Below, in pieces: positions 1 through 14,479 of a stretch of DNA of 64,000 nucleotides (the stretch's first letter is position 1; every line of letters begins with the position of its first letter). Position numbers and translations under genes: made by a program. Origin of the DNA: Octopus vulgaris (Eukaryota); NCBI GenBank assembly GCA_951406725.2, contig OX597827.1, positions 39,804,001 to 39,868,000 of the forward strand. Direction: 5' to 3'. The notes below the pieces were generated by a model. The model was not told the DNA's origin. It made no database searches and saw only the letters and a list, made by a program, of their open reading frames with translations.

Positions 1-984
1 TGTCTACACATACACACACGTATATATGCATACACTCACTCCCATGCATGCACGCATACACACATGTATATATATATATATATATACCCACGACCACACA
101 TACATATATACACATAAAAATATATATTCATACGCACATACACTCATGCACACACAACACACCTAGTTCCCTATATACACATATTTACACCTATATATAC
201 ATACACCCACATACACCTATGTACACATATATATATATAAACATATACACGCATACACACATATACATGTGTGCACATACATACATACACACATATATAC
301 ATACACATACACATACACATGTGTACCTATACATACCTACACATACACACATACATACATACAAATATACATATACATATATATATATACAATCCAATAC
401 AGGCCCATTCCCTAATTTTAATTTTATTATCTTCATTTATTACTTTTGTTATCTTTGATCGCTAGGGCTAAGAATCCTGGCAATGGCTGCATGTCCATTG
501 CCAGGATTCTTAGCCCTAGCGATCAAAGATAACAAAAGTAATAAATGAAGATAATAAAATTAAAATTAGGGAATGGGCCTGTATTGGATTGTATATATAT
601 ATATGTATATGTATATTTGTATGTATGTATGTGTGTATGTGTAGGTATGTATAGGTACACATGTGTATGTGTATGTGTATGTATATATGTGTGTATGTAT
701 GTATGTGCACACATGTATATGTGTGTATGCGTGTATATGTTTATATATATATATGTGTACATAGGTGTATGTGGGTGTATGTATATATAGGTGTAAATAT
801 GTGTATATAGGGAACTAGGTGTGTTGTGTGTGCATGAGTGTATGTGCGTATGAATATATATTTTTATGTGTATATATGTATGTGTGGTCGTGGGTATATA
901 TATATATATATATATATACATGTGTGTATGCGTGCATGCATGGGAGTGAGTGTATGCATATATACGTGTGTGTATGTGTAGACA
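1..984. repeat. Near-perfect giant inverted repeat: arms 1-486 and 495-984, 8-nt spacer CTGCATGT
   Basis: Flanks of the centre are exact reverse complements. Mirror ORFs 271..465(+)/516..710(-) and 191..436(-)/545..790(+) have identical translations. Only a (TA)n length difference was seen. The left arm runs off the window start. Confidence 0.95.
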
Positions 985-1074
985 GGTATAGGCATGTGCA
1001 TGTGTATAAATTTGTATATGTGGGCGGGTGTATGTATGTGTGTATGTAGATATGTATGTATGTGTGTACATATG

Positions 1075-1119
<45 letters not shown>

Positions 1120-1487
1120 ATATATATATGTGTATGTATGTATGTGTGTGTAGATACGTATACATGTGTGTATAGGTATAAGTGAGAATCTCCTTATTTA
1201 CCTATAACTCTATCCCCCTTTTTTATATATATATTTTTTTATATATATATTTTATATATATATTTTTTTATATATATTTTTTATATTTTTTTATTTTTTA
1301 TTTTATTTTTTTATTTTTTATTTTTTTATTTTTTTATTTATCTATTCTTTCATCTAACTTACCACTGACTCCTTGACCACTCCCCCAAGTATGACATTTT
1401 GCGCTATGCCTACCCCCAAAAAGTCCCCCACCACCACTCCTTTAAACCTGCCTAAATGTATAAATGCTAATACAATTCTTGTTAAAT

Positions 1488-1538
1488 AGCTTCCTGAAGA
1501 TTTCTCTTGAATGAAACAGTACTAGTCCTGTAGAAGCT
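1488..1538 (+). ncRNA. Type I hammerhead ribozyme motif (Penelope-like element type)
   Basis: agcttc-CTGAAGA-tttctcttgaat-GAAA-cagtactagtcctg-TA-gaagct: 6-bp stem I, short stem II (ttc/gaa, mismatched closing pair), stem III ACAG/CTGT around near-palindromic ACTAGT, GUA cleavage triplet. Confidence 0.72.
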
Positions 1539-1621
1539 CCTTCTATATAATAAATTAATTTTACTCTGCTATGTATTGAGTACCTTACTTACTGTGGTTA
1601 ACCCCGAATCAACCCGGGACC

Positions 1622-1664
<43 letters not shown>

Positions 1665-2351
1665 TTGTATGTATATATGTGTGTGTATATATGTATGTGT
1701 ATATATGTGTGTGTGTATGTATGTGTGTATATATGTATGTGTATATATGTATGTGTATATGTGCATGTGTGTATGTTTATAATGTATATATGTGAGTATG
1801 TATATAGAACATACACACACACACTCATACACACAATAGAGAGGGAGGTGGGAAAGAGAGAAACAAGGAGAGAATAAAGTATAGCAGCAAGAGTGACAGA
1901 GATGAATAAAATATAAAGAGGTGAAGTGCAAGACAGGAGGAAAAGTAGAAAAAAAAAAGCAGGAAGAAAAGTGAGAGAGGAGACAGAAAATATTTGTAAT
2001 AGAGATGGAGGTGACATTGAAATTGAAGAGAGAGAGAGAGAGAGAGTCAAGGAATATAGTGACAAAGAAAGAAAGCAAAGGATAAGGTTTGGGAGTGGGA
2101 AAGGAGGGGAAAGTTTGAAAGGGGAAAAGTGAAAGACATATACATAGATACAGGGGCAGGAGGAGCATACAACAGAAAGGTTCAAAGGAATTATAGAAGG
2201 GGAAGCAGGGAGAAAGAGTGAAATTTAAAATATTCAGAGAGGAGAGAGAGAGAGAGGGGGTGTTGAAAATATAGAATTAAACAAGTGATATAGAAAAAAA
2301 AAGAAGAAAGAGAATTAAGAAGGGGGCAAGGGGAGAAAGATAGAGAATTGA

Positions 2352-2387
<36 letters not shown>

Positions 2388-5300
2388 AAAAGAAGGGAAG
2401 AAAAAAGAAAGAAAGACGGGAATGAAAGAAAGGGTAGGATAACAGAGGGGGTTGAAGATTAAAGGATGACAAAAAAATTCAAAGAAGAAAAGAAAAAGGT
2501 GTAAGTTTAATTAACAAAACCCTCTTAACTATGTATATGTGTATGTTATGCCATGCCTGAATGCTTTCATTACATGTATGTATGTATGTATGCAAGCATG
2601 CATTATGCATGTGTGTGTGTGTGTGTGTGTGTGTGGCAAATAAGGCTCTTCAGCACTGTAGCTGCTCATTGAAGAGAAGGTAACTCCATATGATTCCTGC
2701 ATCCTGATAGCTCTTGGGATCATGTCACTTGTTGCACCAACCAGATCAACACAAGTTTGAAGGACCTGAGAGTAAGGACTGGCTCTGCACAAACCATGCC
2801 CACTGTAATAATATTTATAGTACAGGTTGTTCAGTACACCAAGTTACCATCACCAACATCATCACACTTGCATTGTAAGTCCAGTGGCAATAGGGAAAAA
2901 GGCGATGGGGAGAGGTAGAAGATAATACTGAGTCTTCAGCTTTGACCCTGTATATAGAGATGGCCATAGGATGATGGTAATTTTTTTTGTCGTGTTGAAC
3001 TCCCATTCATAGGAGTGACGAGAAAGTCCACATGAATGTATGCATGTATGTGTACATATGTATATTCTTTTATTCTTTTACTGCATATATATTTATATAT
3101 TTGTCTGTCTGCATGCATGTATGTATGTATGTATGTATGTATGTATGTATGTATGTATGTGGAGGCGCAATGGCCCAGTAGTTAGGGCAGCAGACTTGCA
3201 GTCAGAGGATCACGGTTTCAATGTGTGTGTTTATTGAGCAGAAACACCTAAAGCTCCATGAGGCTCCAGCAGGGGGTAGTGGCGACCCCTGTTGTACTCT
3301 TTCACCTCAACTTCCTCTCAATCTTTTTTCCTGTTTCTCGAGTAACGCTGCGATCGACTGGTGTCCCGTCCAGCTGGGGGGAACACATATGCCACAGAAA
3401 CCGGGAAACCAGGCCCATGAGCCTGGCTAGGCTTGGAAAGAGCGCATAAATAAATAAATGTATGTATGTATGCATGCAGTCATGTTTTTATGTATGTATG
3501 CAAGTCAAATAGTACCAATGCCATGCTTGTCACTGGAACTTTCTATGATGACTGAGAGATTGGTAAAAGTGTGGTACAAGCTTTTGTCACTTAATTCCAA
3601 TGATCTACAGCTGTTTCACTATCGTTTCATTTCTTAAACTGATTTATAAGTTATAAAGTCCTATGGTGATGGAAACATGATGTGAAAAATCGTAACCATG
3701 CACATATAAGGGTGAAAGTAAATCAGAACAACCAGGCTAAATGTGAGATGGCTGTCCCCCTTTGTTCATGAATAACCATGGGATTGCACCTAGAAAGCTA
3801 TCCTCTGAGGTACAAGTCCAGACAAGGTTGTTTGTATGGAAGACCAGCAGTCAGCCATGCATACTAGCCTCTCCTCTGTGACACTGCAGCTCATTTCTAC
3901 AGCTGAGTGTACTGGATCAACATGAAATACAGTGCCTTGCTCAAGAACACAACACACAGCCCAGTCCAGGAATCAAACTCACTACCTCATGATTGTAAGC
4001 CTGATGCTCTAACCACTGAGCCATGCATTCCTCCCAGATTCACTTAAGTTTTTTTTTTTTTCCTTTTGCTTTCAGAATTCAAGCTAGTCACTAACAAAGT
4101 GATAAGATTCTTTTGTTTAAATCAAGACAGCTCTTGGAGTTTGTGGATATGTGAATTAACATATGTATATATGTAATGGTGTGTGTGTGAGTCATTAAAC
4201 TTTCACTCCTGTTGTATGTGATCATGTCTCTTCAGTACAAAAGTGTGTGTCTTGTTACTATTTGGGTGTGTACATGTCTATGTATATCACATGCACATGT
4301 GACTATGTGCATGTACTTACTCTAGGAACCACAAATGGACAATCCCTGGAATGTTACAAAATTTCACTGTAGCATTAATATTTAAGTAAAATATCTGAAC
4401 TTTGTTGGATGCAATAAAGTGAATAATACACAAGAAATTAGAGATTAAGTTGAATGTTAATGACTTGTACAGTGAAAATACTGCATTTTACATCTTGAAG
4501 AATTTTAATTTCATTTATATTCGAACAGGTACAGAAGCACTTAGGTTAAAAATTACAGCAGGTTTGGGTGCAACCGAGTGGTTAATTATTAAAAAATAAA
4601 ATATTGAAAATACATTTCAAGGCTGGGGAAAATGCCAAATTTTCAACAGGCATGGAATTAATGTAAATTAAAAATATTCTCATTTAAAAAAAAATATAAT
4701 GTTGAGATTTATTTACTGCAATGGATGTAGAATGATGAAAATATATTTGCATATGTTTAAGTGCAGCAGAGGTGAGGGGAAATTTCATTTGTTCAAATTT
4801 TGATGAAAATGGCTTAAACTACACATATCAGATAGTGGAAGGCATGGAATTTTTACACATTGAAAAAGTTGAAATAGTTTTGCACTAAATAATATAGATT
4901 CTCTTGCTTAAAAATATTTCTGCATGTTATTGTGCAACTGAGAGGATAATTCTAAAGAAATTTCAGCTTCAGTTTCAAAAAAGTTGGGCAAAATACTAAA
5001 TTTCTAACAAGCATAGGATTCATGGAAACTGTGAATTTTTCTCTTTACAAAATTTCAAAACTATATATTCTAACACAAGCACAGCTGACTGGTTAAGATG
5101 CTTACTTTGCAGCCATGTGGCTTTGGTTCCAGTCTCATTACACAGCCCCTTGGGGATATATTTCCTATTATAGCTTCAGGTCAATGAATGCTTTATGAGC
5201 AGATTTGGTAGATGGAACTATGGAAGCCCATCATATATGTATGTATGTATTTATGTATGTATGTATGTATGTATGTATGTATGTATGTATGTATGTATGT

Positions 5301-6182
5301 ATGTATGTATGTATGGATGGATGGATGGATGGATGGATGGATGGATGGATGGATGGATATGTTTGATTTGTTTACGTCACTGTAACTTAGTGGTTCAGCA
5401 AAGGAGACTGATAGAACAAGTTCCAGACTTAATTCAAGGAAGTGCCCCAGAATGACCACAGTCCAAAACTGAAACAAATGAAAAGTAAAAGGTAACAAAT
5501 ATAGAAAACTACAATGAAGCATCTGAGTATATTTGAGTTCAACAATATGGAAAATCCTTAAGATTTTTGACCTTTGTAAGTTGGATAAAAGAAAATTAGC
5601 CAAAATTTCTCCATTTCTGACAATAGAAGTTATGGAGTATTACACATTAGAGAATTTGAAATTGTTATTTTATGTTAACAGTGTATTAATAATGTAATGG
5701 AGAATGCAATAAAGAAACTAGTAGCAATGGAAGGCAGTTCCAACTTTGTGTGTGTGTGTGTGTCCCAACTGAAGGATTAAGAAGTTTGGTTCATATCAAT
5801 GAGGCTGTGAATTTGATCTTATTGTTGGGCAAATATCATTTTCTATAGACTGGTGTTTCTATCTACCAAATCCATCCACAAGGCTTTGGTCGACCTGGGG
5901 GTTATATTAGAAGACACTTGCCCAAGGTGCCATGCAGTGCTGATTACACATTCTCATACGAAGCAATACCAGTGTAAGAGCCATCAATGGGATCGTCTGC
6001 ATCATTGGTTCTCAGCCTTTTGTAGCTTAGCAACCACTTTCACAGAATGGAATTTTACAAATGCTTCCTCCCCATTTTTTGATGAAAAGAAAATGGGAGA
6101 GAGAGAGGGGGAAAAGCAGATTATTTTAAACAGAAGTTCAAATTTTTCTTATAAGGTTTCACCATCCTCCTCCTCCTCCTCC

Positions 6183-6218
<36 letters not shown>

Positions 6219-6949
6219 CCATCATCATTTAACGTCCATTTTTCATGCTGGCATGGGTTAGACAGATTGACAAGATCCAGCAAGCTGTAAGGACATGTCA
6301 AGCTCCAGTGTCAGCTTTGGCATGGTTTCCACATCTGGTTGCCCTTCTTAATGCCAACCACTTTACAGAGTGTATTGGGTACTTTTTCTGCACCACAGGC
6401 ACTAGTGAGGTTCCTGTATAACTTGCGAGACAAAAAAGAATAGGGAAAAAGGAATATGCTCCCACTATTAAGAGGGAAGTATTTGAGGGAGTAAATGGAG
6501 GTGGGTGGTTTTAAGCCAGGGTGAAAGGCTATGGTATGATAGAGGGATAAGCACAGGTGTCTTGCAATAGATGAGATACATGGCTGAAGGAGACAAAAGG
6601 AAGATAGTGATGGGGTGCTAGAGCAAACTCTCAAGGTACAAGAGAGTAAGCATAAGAGAGGATATGTTGTGGAAGGGAAGGAGAGAGTGGGTACTTTCAT
6701 AAAAGTAACATTTTTGAAGATTGAAGATTATCAAATCCAGCATTTTACTCCTCTTTAAATATTTGCATAGATTTGTGTTCCTATATTAAATTTTTTATGG
6801 AAATTATTAAAGAAGATGAGTTCATGGTAAGAAACTTGTTTGCTAACCACATTGTTCTGGGTTCAGTCCAACTGCATGGCACCTTGGGCCAACCAAAGCC
6901 TTGTCAGTGGATTCAGTAAACAGAAACTGAAAGAAGCCCATCATATATA

Positions 6950-7860
6950 TCATCATCATCGTTTAACGTCTGCTCTCCATGCTAGCATGGGTTGGACGAT
7001 TTGACTGAGGTCTAGTGAACCAGATGGCTGCACCAGGCTCCAATCTGATCTGGCAGAGTTTCTACAGCTGGATGCCCTTCTTAACACCAACCACTCCAAG
7101 AGTGTAGTGGGTGCTTTTACATGCCACCAGCACGAGGGCCAGTCAGGTGGTACTGGCAACGGCCATGCTCAAATGGTGTTTTTTATGTGCCACCTGCAGA
7201 GGAGCCAGTCCAGTGGCACTGACAATGACCTCACTCGAATGTTTTTTCACGTGCCACCAGCACAAGTGCTAGTAAGGTGACGCAGGTAACGATCACGCTT
7301 AAATGGTACTTTTTACGTGCCACCGGCACAGAAGCCAGTTTGTTGCTCTGGCAATGATCACACTCATATGGTACTCTTAGCACTCCACTAGCACAGATGC
7401 CAGTCATCTAATTTGATTTCGATTTTGATTTCACTTGCCTCAACAGGTCTTCACAAGCAGAGTTTAGTGTCCAATAAAAGAAAGGTGCGCATAAGTCGGC
7501 TGGTTACACCCCTGGCATAGGCCACGAGGTTATGGTCTCACTTGGCTTGCCGAGTCTTCTCAAGCACAGCATGTTTCCAAAGGTCCCGGTCACTAGTCAT
7601 TGCCTCAGTGAGGCCCAGTGTTCAAAGGTCATGCTTCCCCACCTCATCCCAGGTCTTCCTGGATCTACCTCTTCCACAGGTTCCCTCAACATGTGTGTGA
7701 CACTTTTTCACACAGCTATCCTCATCCATTCTCACCACATGGCAATACCAGCGCAGTCGTCCCTCTTGCACACCACATTTGATGCTTCTTAGGTCCAACT
7801 TTTCTCTTAAGGTACTTACACTCTGTTGACTATGCACACTGACATTACACATCCATCGGA
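6950..7860 (-). mobile_element. RTE-clade LINE 3' end (RT C-terminus plus repeat-rich 3' UTR, (CAT)n tail)
   Basis: RWMCNVSV...LREKLDLRSI...RLRWYCHVVRMDEDSCVKKC...RGRSRKTWDEV. Confidence 0.85.
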
Positions 7861-8175
7861 CCAACCAGCCCCTGCTGGAGCCTCATGGAGATTTAGATGC
7901 TTTCCCTCAATAAACACACACAACGCCCAGTCTGGGAATCGAAACCACGACCCTCTGACCATGAGTCCGCTGTCCTAACCACTGGGCCATTGTGCCTCCT
8001 CATATAATGTAGGTATAGGTAAATTATGTCTGATTAAAATACAGGGTGGGAGTGCTAAGCATTGATGTGTATAGATGCAATGTCATTGCCAGTTCAAATA
8101 TGCTTGTGGCACATTCAAACCCATAAGAAAGTTATTCATTGCATTTTGTCATAGAGAAAATTTCTTGCTGTAGAC

Positions 8176-10350
8176 CTGGGGTGTCAAATTAAATCACACA
8201 GGGGGCCAAAACTCAAAGCACACTTTAGGTTGTGGGCCAAACATGATAAACATTTATTGTATAGGTGTAGGAGTGGCTGTGTGGTAAGTAGCTTGCTTAC
8301 GAACCATATGGTTCTGGGTTCAATGGAGGTGCAATGGCCCAGTGGTTAGGGCAGCGGACTCGCGGTCGTAGGATCGCGGTTTCGATTCCCAGACCGGGCG
8401 TTGTGAGTGTTTTTTGAGCAAAAACACCTAAAGCTCCACGAGGCTCCAGCAGGGGATGGTGGTGATCCCTGCTGTACTCTTTCACCACAACTTTCTCTCA
8501 CTCTTACTTCCTGTTTCTGTTGTACCTGTATTTCAAGGGGCCGGCCTTGTCACTCTCTGTGTCACGCTGAATATCCCCGAGAACTATGTTAAGGGTACAT
8601 GTGTCTGTGGAGTGCTCAGTCACTTACATGTTAATTTCACGAGCAGGCTGTTCCGTTGATCGGATCAACCGGAACCCTCATCGTCGTAACCGACGGAGTG
8701 CTTCCACCACTGGGTTCAGTCCCACTGCATGGCACCTTGGGCACATGTCTTCTACTATAGCCTCAGGCCGACCAAAGCCTTGAGAGTGGATTTGGTAGAC
8801 AGAAACTGAAAGAAGCCCATCATATATATCTATATATATATGTGTGTGTGTGTATATGTTTGTGTGTCTGTGTTTGTCCCCACCAACATCGCATGACAAC
8901 CAATACTGGTATGTTTACTCTCCATAACTTAGCGGTTCAACAAAGAGGCCGATAGAATAAGTACTTGGCATACAAAGAATAAGTCTTGGGGTCGATTTTC
9001 TCAACTGAATGTGGTGCTCCAGCATGGCCACAGTCACATGACTGAAACAAGTAAAAGAGTAAAAGAGACTAAAACTTTCTGACCATGAACATATATTGAA
9101 ACAGATGGTATATAATTTTATTCCAAAAATAAATTAAGCTTAACTTAAAATATTTTGCCCTGCATAAAGATATCACCTCTCAATATTATAAAAATTTTAA
9201 ATGAGAACATGTTGTAAAAGTGAAAATATGATATAAATAAAAAATGTGATTTTTAGTGAAAATTAAAATAATAAATCAAAACCTTCAATTTTCTTTATGA
9301 AATTTTGTCTGAGCTACATACTTGGCATCTTTTCTTGGCAATGAGTTCATTGATGTTTGGGGCAAGGTTCTGTGTTGTTGAGACTCTCAGGATGGATTGC
9401 AGGTGTTCATCTGTGAGACGACTCCTATGTGACGTTTTATTCATCTTCATCACAGAGAACAGCTGCTCGCACAGATATGTGCTTCCAAACAATGAAAGTG
9501 TTCGAGCTGCATGTAAACGGAGCTGGGGCATTGCTTCAGATATGAAGCAAGTGAACTGTGCAGGCCCTACAGAGTCACACTTTGCTTTTAATGTCCCATT
9601 ACACTGCAGAGCTATCAGCTCCGTTTGAATCTGTACAGGTGCAGTTTCCACATTGATAGCAAATGTGTTGCGAAGCAGCTCAAAATTATTTTTCTGTGCT
9701 TCAAAGTTACTAAAGCACCATGTAAATTCAGTGTGGAGTGCACTCAATTTATCAACAAAGTGTTGCTTTGGGAACACCGTGGTGCCAACTTGGCTCAACA
9801 TTACTTGGAAACAGGAAAAGTGTGACATGTTCAATTGGTGCATTTGTGTCTCCCATAACCACAGCTTCACTTGAAATGCCTTCACTGCATCATACACATC
9901 ACAGATCATGCGATTCCATCACTGGAGCTGGATGTTTAAAACACTGAGTTGCACAGAAACGCCAACCAGAAATGTCAACTAGAACTGCCAACTTGCATTT
10001 CCACTTTTCATTTTGGATTCTTTTCCTTTACTGTACATGAACTGACATATCTCATCAACCAGCACAAAAATGATATAGAGGACCTCTCCCAGACTGAGCC
10101 ACCACACCTCCATATGATAAAGCACATCACCAAACTCTGAATGTATTTCCCAAAGGAAAGACTGAAATTGGCTGTGATATAACCCTTTGGTTCAGATAAA
10201 GTTTGCGTTACAGAGTTCATTACATGTTCCATTTTTAAGGCTTTAGCACACAGTGTTTCCTGGTGAATGATGCAGTGATATGTTATCAACTCAACAGCAC
10301 AGTTCTCTTCTTGCATCTTTAAATGTATCTTACACACAAGTCCACTTTTA
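8176..10350 (-). mobile_element. Decayed hAT (SPIN/Buster, GTF2IRD2-like) transposon, interrupted by nested SINEs
   Basis: YHCIIHQETLCAK (CxxH motif) and FGSTYLCEQLFSVMKMNKTSHRSRLTDEHL (hAT dimerisation domain); frameshifts; TIR-like ctggggtgtcaaa at 8176 after an nnnTAnnn octamer. Confidence 0.85.
8324..8709 (+). mobile_element. tRNA-derived SINE, family A (other copies ~3161-3450 +, ~7860-7999 -, ~18771-19010 +, ~22348-22720 +, ~32385-32690 -)
   Basis: Head ggaggcgcaatggcccagtggttagggcagcggactcgcggtcgtaggatcgcggtttcgattccc with Pol III A/B-box-like motifs; multiple copies; 9-bp TSD here. Confidence 0.85.
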
Positions 10351-10685
10351 TCCCTGCACTCAAAAAGTAAACAATCACATCATCAAAATCTCAAAGCAGT
10401 GTTTAATACATGATAAATTCAAAACAATGTGAATAAACAAGTATCACATTTAACAGAGTAATCTGAATACTAAAGGGTTGAAGCGAAAGATTGTCCATAA
10501 GCAAGTTTTTTTTTCAACTGGAAAATCAGACGAAAATAGATTTAATTTCCTCTAGAGTTCTCTCCCTTGAGAAGCTTTATTTTTTTTTGTTTTCTTCTCT
10601 GTTTTTGCTGCGTAGTTTTCTAACATAATTAATACAGTTAGCTCCCATGACAAGGAACAACTAATCAAGAACGAAAGTATAAGTA

Positions 10686-11208
10686 CCGTAAATCCTCGTG
10701 TATAGTCAGCCCTTGAGTATAATACGCGGGGGATTTTTATGGGGCTGTATCTCTGAAAAACCTAAACCTTGTGTATAATACGCACGCCTTCTCTAACTTC
10801 AGTTAAAGAGGTCTATATAACGTCCTTGGTTTGTAAAAATGTATACGGTAACGTCCTTTATTATTATTATTGTATATATAACATAATACATACGTGAAGC
10901 TTTTGGGGGCATTTTATTTGCAGAAAATAAATAAATAACAGTAATAACAGCAATAACGTTTAATAAATGTTGCTTACTGCAAGTTATGAATGATTCTTTT
11001 ATGACTTCATTGCTTTCAGGCTTAGCTTAAGGTATTTTCGCGCCCGACATCACAAAATGCGTCTGAATAAACATTGCCGGGGAGCAAATAGAGACTCGGA
11101 CATTGCTTAGAAAATAATTATCATTTTTAACCTCGTATATAGTGCGCATTAGGGATTTTGACCTTTAAATTTTGGGGAAAAATACGGATTATACTTGAGG
11201 ATTTACAG
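10686..11208. mobile_element. Tc1/pogo(Tigger)-type MITE
   Basis: TIRs ccgtaaatcctcgtgtata / tatacttgaggatttacag, flanked by TA on both sides. Confidence 0.75.
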
Positions 11209-11805
11209 TACACGTAATATGTGCGCATGCATATGTACGTGAATTTGCGTGTATGTGTTTCTTTTATCTTTTACTGGGGCTAATGCAGTTTCGCACCTCT
11301 CCTTGAAAAATACATTTAAAAAAAAAAAAATTTCGGATTCCTACGTTTTAGATATTCGAGATTACGAATATGCAAAAAAAAAGTTATTTCACCCCCGCCT
11401 CTCCCACCCCAATTCAAATTTTTGATTTTGTTTACTTTAAAGAAATTGTAGTGAATTGAGAAACGTATGAAAATCGAAACTAAATACAGACAAAAACATT
11501 AAAGTGAAAAGAATTTGCGTTTTAGTGTTTGCTTTGCCTTTCCCTTGGATAACATAGGTGACGTGGAGAGGGGAGGCTGGTATGCGTGGGCAACTGCTGG
11601 TCTTCCATAAACAACCTTGCCCAAACCTTACCCTCGGAGGGTAACTTTCTAGGTGCAATCTCATGGTCATTCATGACCGAAGGGGGTCACAACAATATAT
11701 ATATATATATATATACATATATCCCTCTCTCTCTTTCGGAGAGGCACAAGCAACTACACGCACATATACACACACAGCAGTAACTTCTGCCTGCCAAATT
11801 CAATC

Positions 11806-11850
<45 letters not shown>

Positions 11851-12306
11851 AAGAAGGGTTCAGATAGAACCAGGTACTTGTAAAGATATGCACCTGGTTG
11901 ATAAGTATCAAATAGTATATTCTGGTTGTGTACACACAGAAAACCAGCCTTATGAGTATTTAGCACATGGGGGCTGGTCCAAAGCATACATTACATTGAA
12001 AACATCCATGCCATATTCTTGGGATATTCTTCTGTTTGTTAAATTATATTTCATCCGATGATTACGGCTTTTTTGTAATGAAGTTCTCATTCTTCTATTT
12101 AAAAAATATGTACAAAACAGCTGTAATGAGCTGACAATTATCCACCATCTGTTATTATTCATTTGATTATATATATATATACATATATTCACCGTGATCA
12201 CTGTGACCGACCAGGCTATCAGATGTTGCTACACATCGCTGGTCACAATGCGCTTTGCATTGTTTTAGCCTTCAAATGATGCCACCCCACTGGCTAAGCA
12301 AGCAGA

Positions 12307-12344
<38 letters not shown>

Positions 12345-12346
<2 letters not shown>

Positions 12347-13998
12347 CCACTAATCCAAAGTGTAGAGTATTATATATCCATCATGGCTGATCTTACCAAT
12401 CAATTTTGCACTAGGTGTACAATGGAATGTTAGGTAACAATCTGATTATATAACCCTACGCTCATCAGAGGTAGCTGATATGGAATGAAATATGGTGACT
12501 GCTCTCTATTGTTAGAAGTGAATAGACAGATTTGATATGTGGTTGCTGTGAAAAGATGATGGAACAAACCAGGTAGGGGATTTAGTTAAGAGTTATGTTC
12601 CTTGGTACCAAGACATCGCCACTGGCTTGGTTATGCTGTAAGTTGGTAAGTGCTGTCATGTAGTGTTTGTGGGAATTGTGTCTTTCAGATTGGTGTTCTT
12701 GTGGAAAAGGGATATGTGTAGAGGTACTGCATGTATAACTTTTGCAGGGGGTGCAGGCGTCCCTTACTGTGCTCGCTAGAGAGTTTTCTGTCCGTATTGG
12801 TTAAGATCATGAGAGCTTTGTGTGCCTGCAGTGTGTGTAGGGGTGCAACGTGTGTGTGTGTAGGGAGTTTATCTTGGAGGTGGTGGGAAATGATCTATTT
12901 GGTAGGTGTCCACCATGTTGGGGCATGTATGTTTATGTGTGGATGTATTGGTGAATGCTCTGGTTAAACTCTTTGCCAGACTCCAAAGTACTGGTGGAGA
13001 GCCAAGTGTGGTGGACTGGTGATTGTAGTCATGATAGGGCATGCAGGTATGATAGGATGTATTTCCTTACATGGGGGCAAGGATTAAACACTTCACTTCT
13101 ACAATTCAGGTGTGTGTTGTGTTAAGGCTACCATTGGTTCCATATTGATAAAATATCTTAACAATTCTTCAAGTGATCTCATGGAGAAATTGATATTCAT
13201 TTCCATTTTGGAGAGGAAAGAAACATGGGAATTGATAATAAACTTTTGCAAGAATCTTTGTTCAGCAAAAACTAGAAATCAGGGGAGCTGACTCTTGGGT
13301 AACAACTTCTGGATGATTATCTCCCATGGGTTTGACCTTTGTGAAAAATTGTGCTACATGGTAAGTTTGTTTATATTATGTGATATCCTAGGTATGTGTA
13401 ATTCACATATGTTTGTGCATTGCAGGAATTCATCATGTGGGCATGTGCTTTCTATGTGTATACATTTAATGTTCATGTTCAGAGAAAACAAAATCCTATC
13501 TTGATAGGATCGGTAGAGTGAGTGGTGGTTCCTCTTTGAAATGTTAGAGTGTAAAATATTGCTAATGTATGCAAGGAGAGGTTTCTTCCCTATTGGTTCA
13601 AATGTTATCTTTTTTGATTGGATGATGTTTAGCTTTCTAGTATTGCAAAGCTCACATTTGGTACCCCATCTCCTGTATTTTCTGGTTTTAACAATGATGC
13701 TCTATCTAGGGGTCTCTTACTCTTCCTTCTTTCAACACCCATATCATATTGGCTAGGGATATGTTGCATGTCTTTTATTTTTGTCCATGAATGATGCCAG
13801 ATGGTGTATGTATCTTTTCTTGAGTGAGTTGCCCATCATCCTAATGTAAGTCTTTGTTACTTCATTGGAGTCCATGATTTTGGCCTTGTACAAAAGTTCT
13901 TTTTCCAAACAACTATTATTTAGAGGAAAGCAGTTCAGAGATCTACAATTACAGTGTCCTTCTGGGGTATTCAGAAAGGAAAGTGAATATTTTATCAC
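12345..13998 (-). mobile_element. Decayed Penelope-like element: GIY-YIG endonuclease remnant (~13560-13990) plus terminal repeat with decayed hammerhead (12390-12473)
   Basis: CNCRSLNCFPLNNSCLEKELLYKAKI...TYIRMMGNSLKKRYIHHLASF, then downstream KCELCN, matches the PLE GIY-YIG layout (CNCR..CPL..CL..YKA..YIG.T..FK.R..H..SF). Whether the remnant and the terminal repeat are one insertion is inferred. Confidence 0.6.
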
Positions 13999-14479
13999 AC
14001 TTTTCGATAACGAGATTGTAAATTTTTATAGTTTTTGTACTTCAAAGTGAAAATTTGTATAAAAATTACTCTTCAGGAAAAGATATTCTTTGCTTTTTGC
14101 CTATCTGCCACACATATTCATACAAACCTTTCTTGCCATTTACAGGTTAAGAAATTCTTTAAAAAAATCAGTTGAAGAAATTACATCTCAAGATTAAACA
14201 TAAGTGTGAAAGAGTTCAAACTAAGTTTTTAATTTTTATAATGCAAAAATATTTTTATTTAAAAATTTTCTTTAAAATAATGTAAGTTATAATAACAATA
14301 ATAATAGAAAATAGTGCTACTAGGCACCGTACATTCCTATGTAAAACCCTTTCAATACAGTAACAATAAGAGCATCACAACAAACCACAGCATATACCCA
14401 AGGCACACAGAGTTGTGCTCAGTAGTACAGTGAAAACACGTGATAAAAATGAGACTACTCAATAAAAAATAATAATTAT

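Noticed and set aside
48-2472. Long ORFs rich in YI/HT/CV/SL
   Set aside because: Translations of microsatellites and purine tracts; no coding signal. The same applies to similar ORFs throughout the window.
3161-3240. tRNA gene
   Set aside because: tRNA-like heads continue into shared SINE bodies in many copies; no convincing cloverleaf
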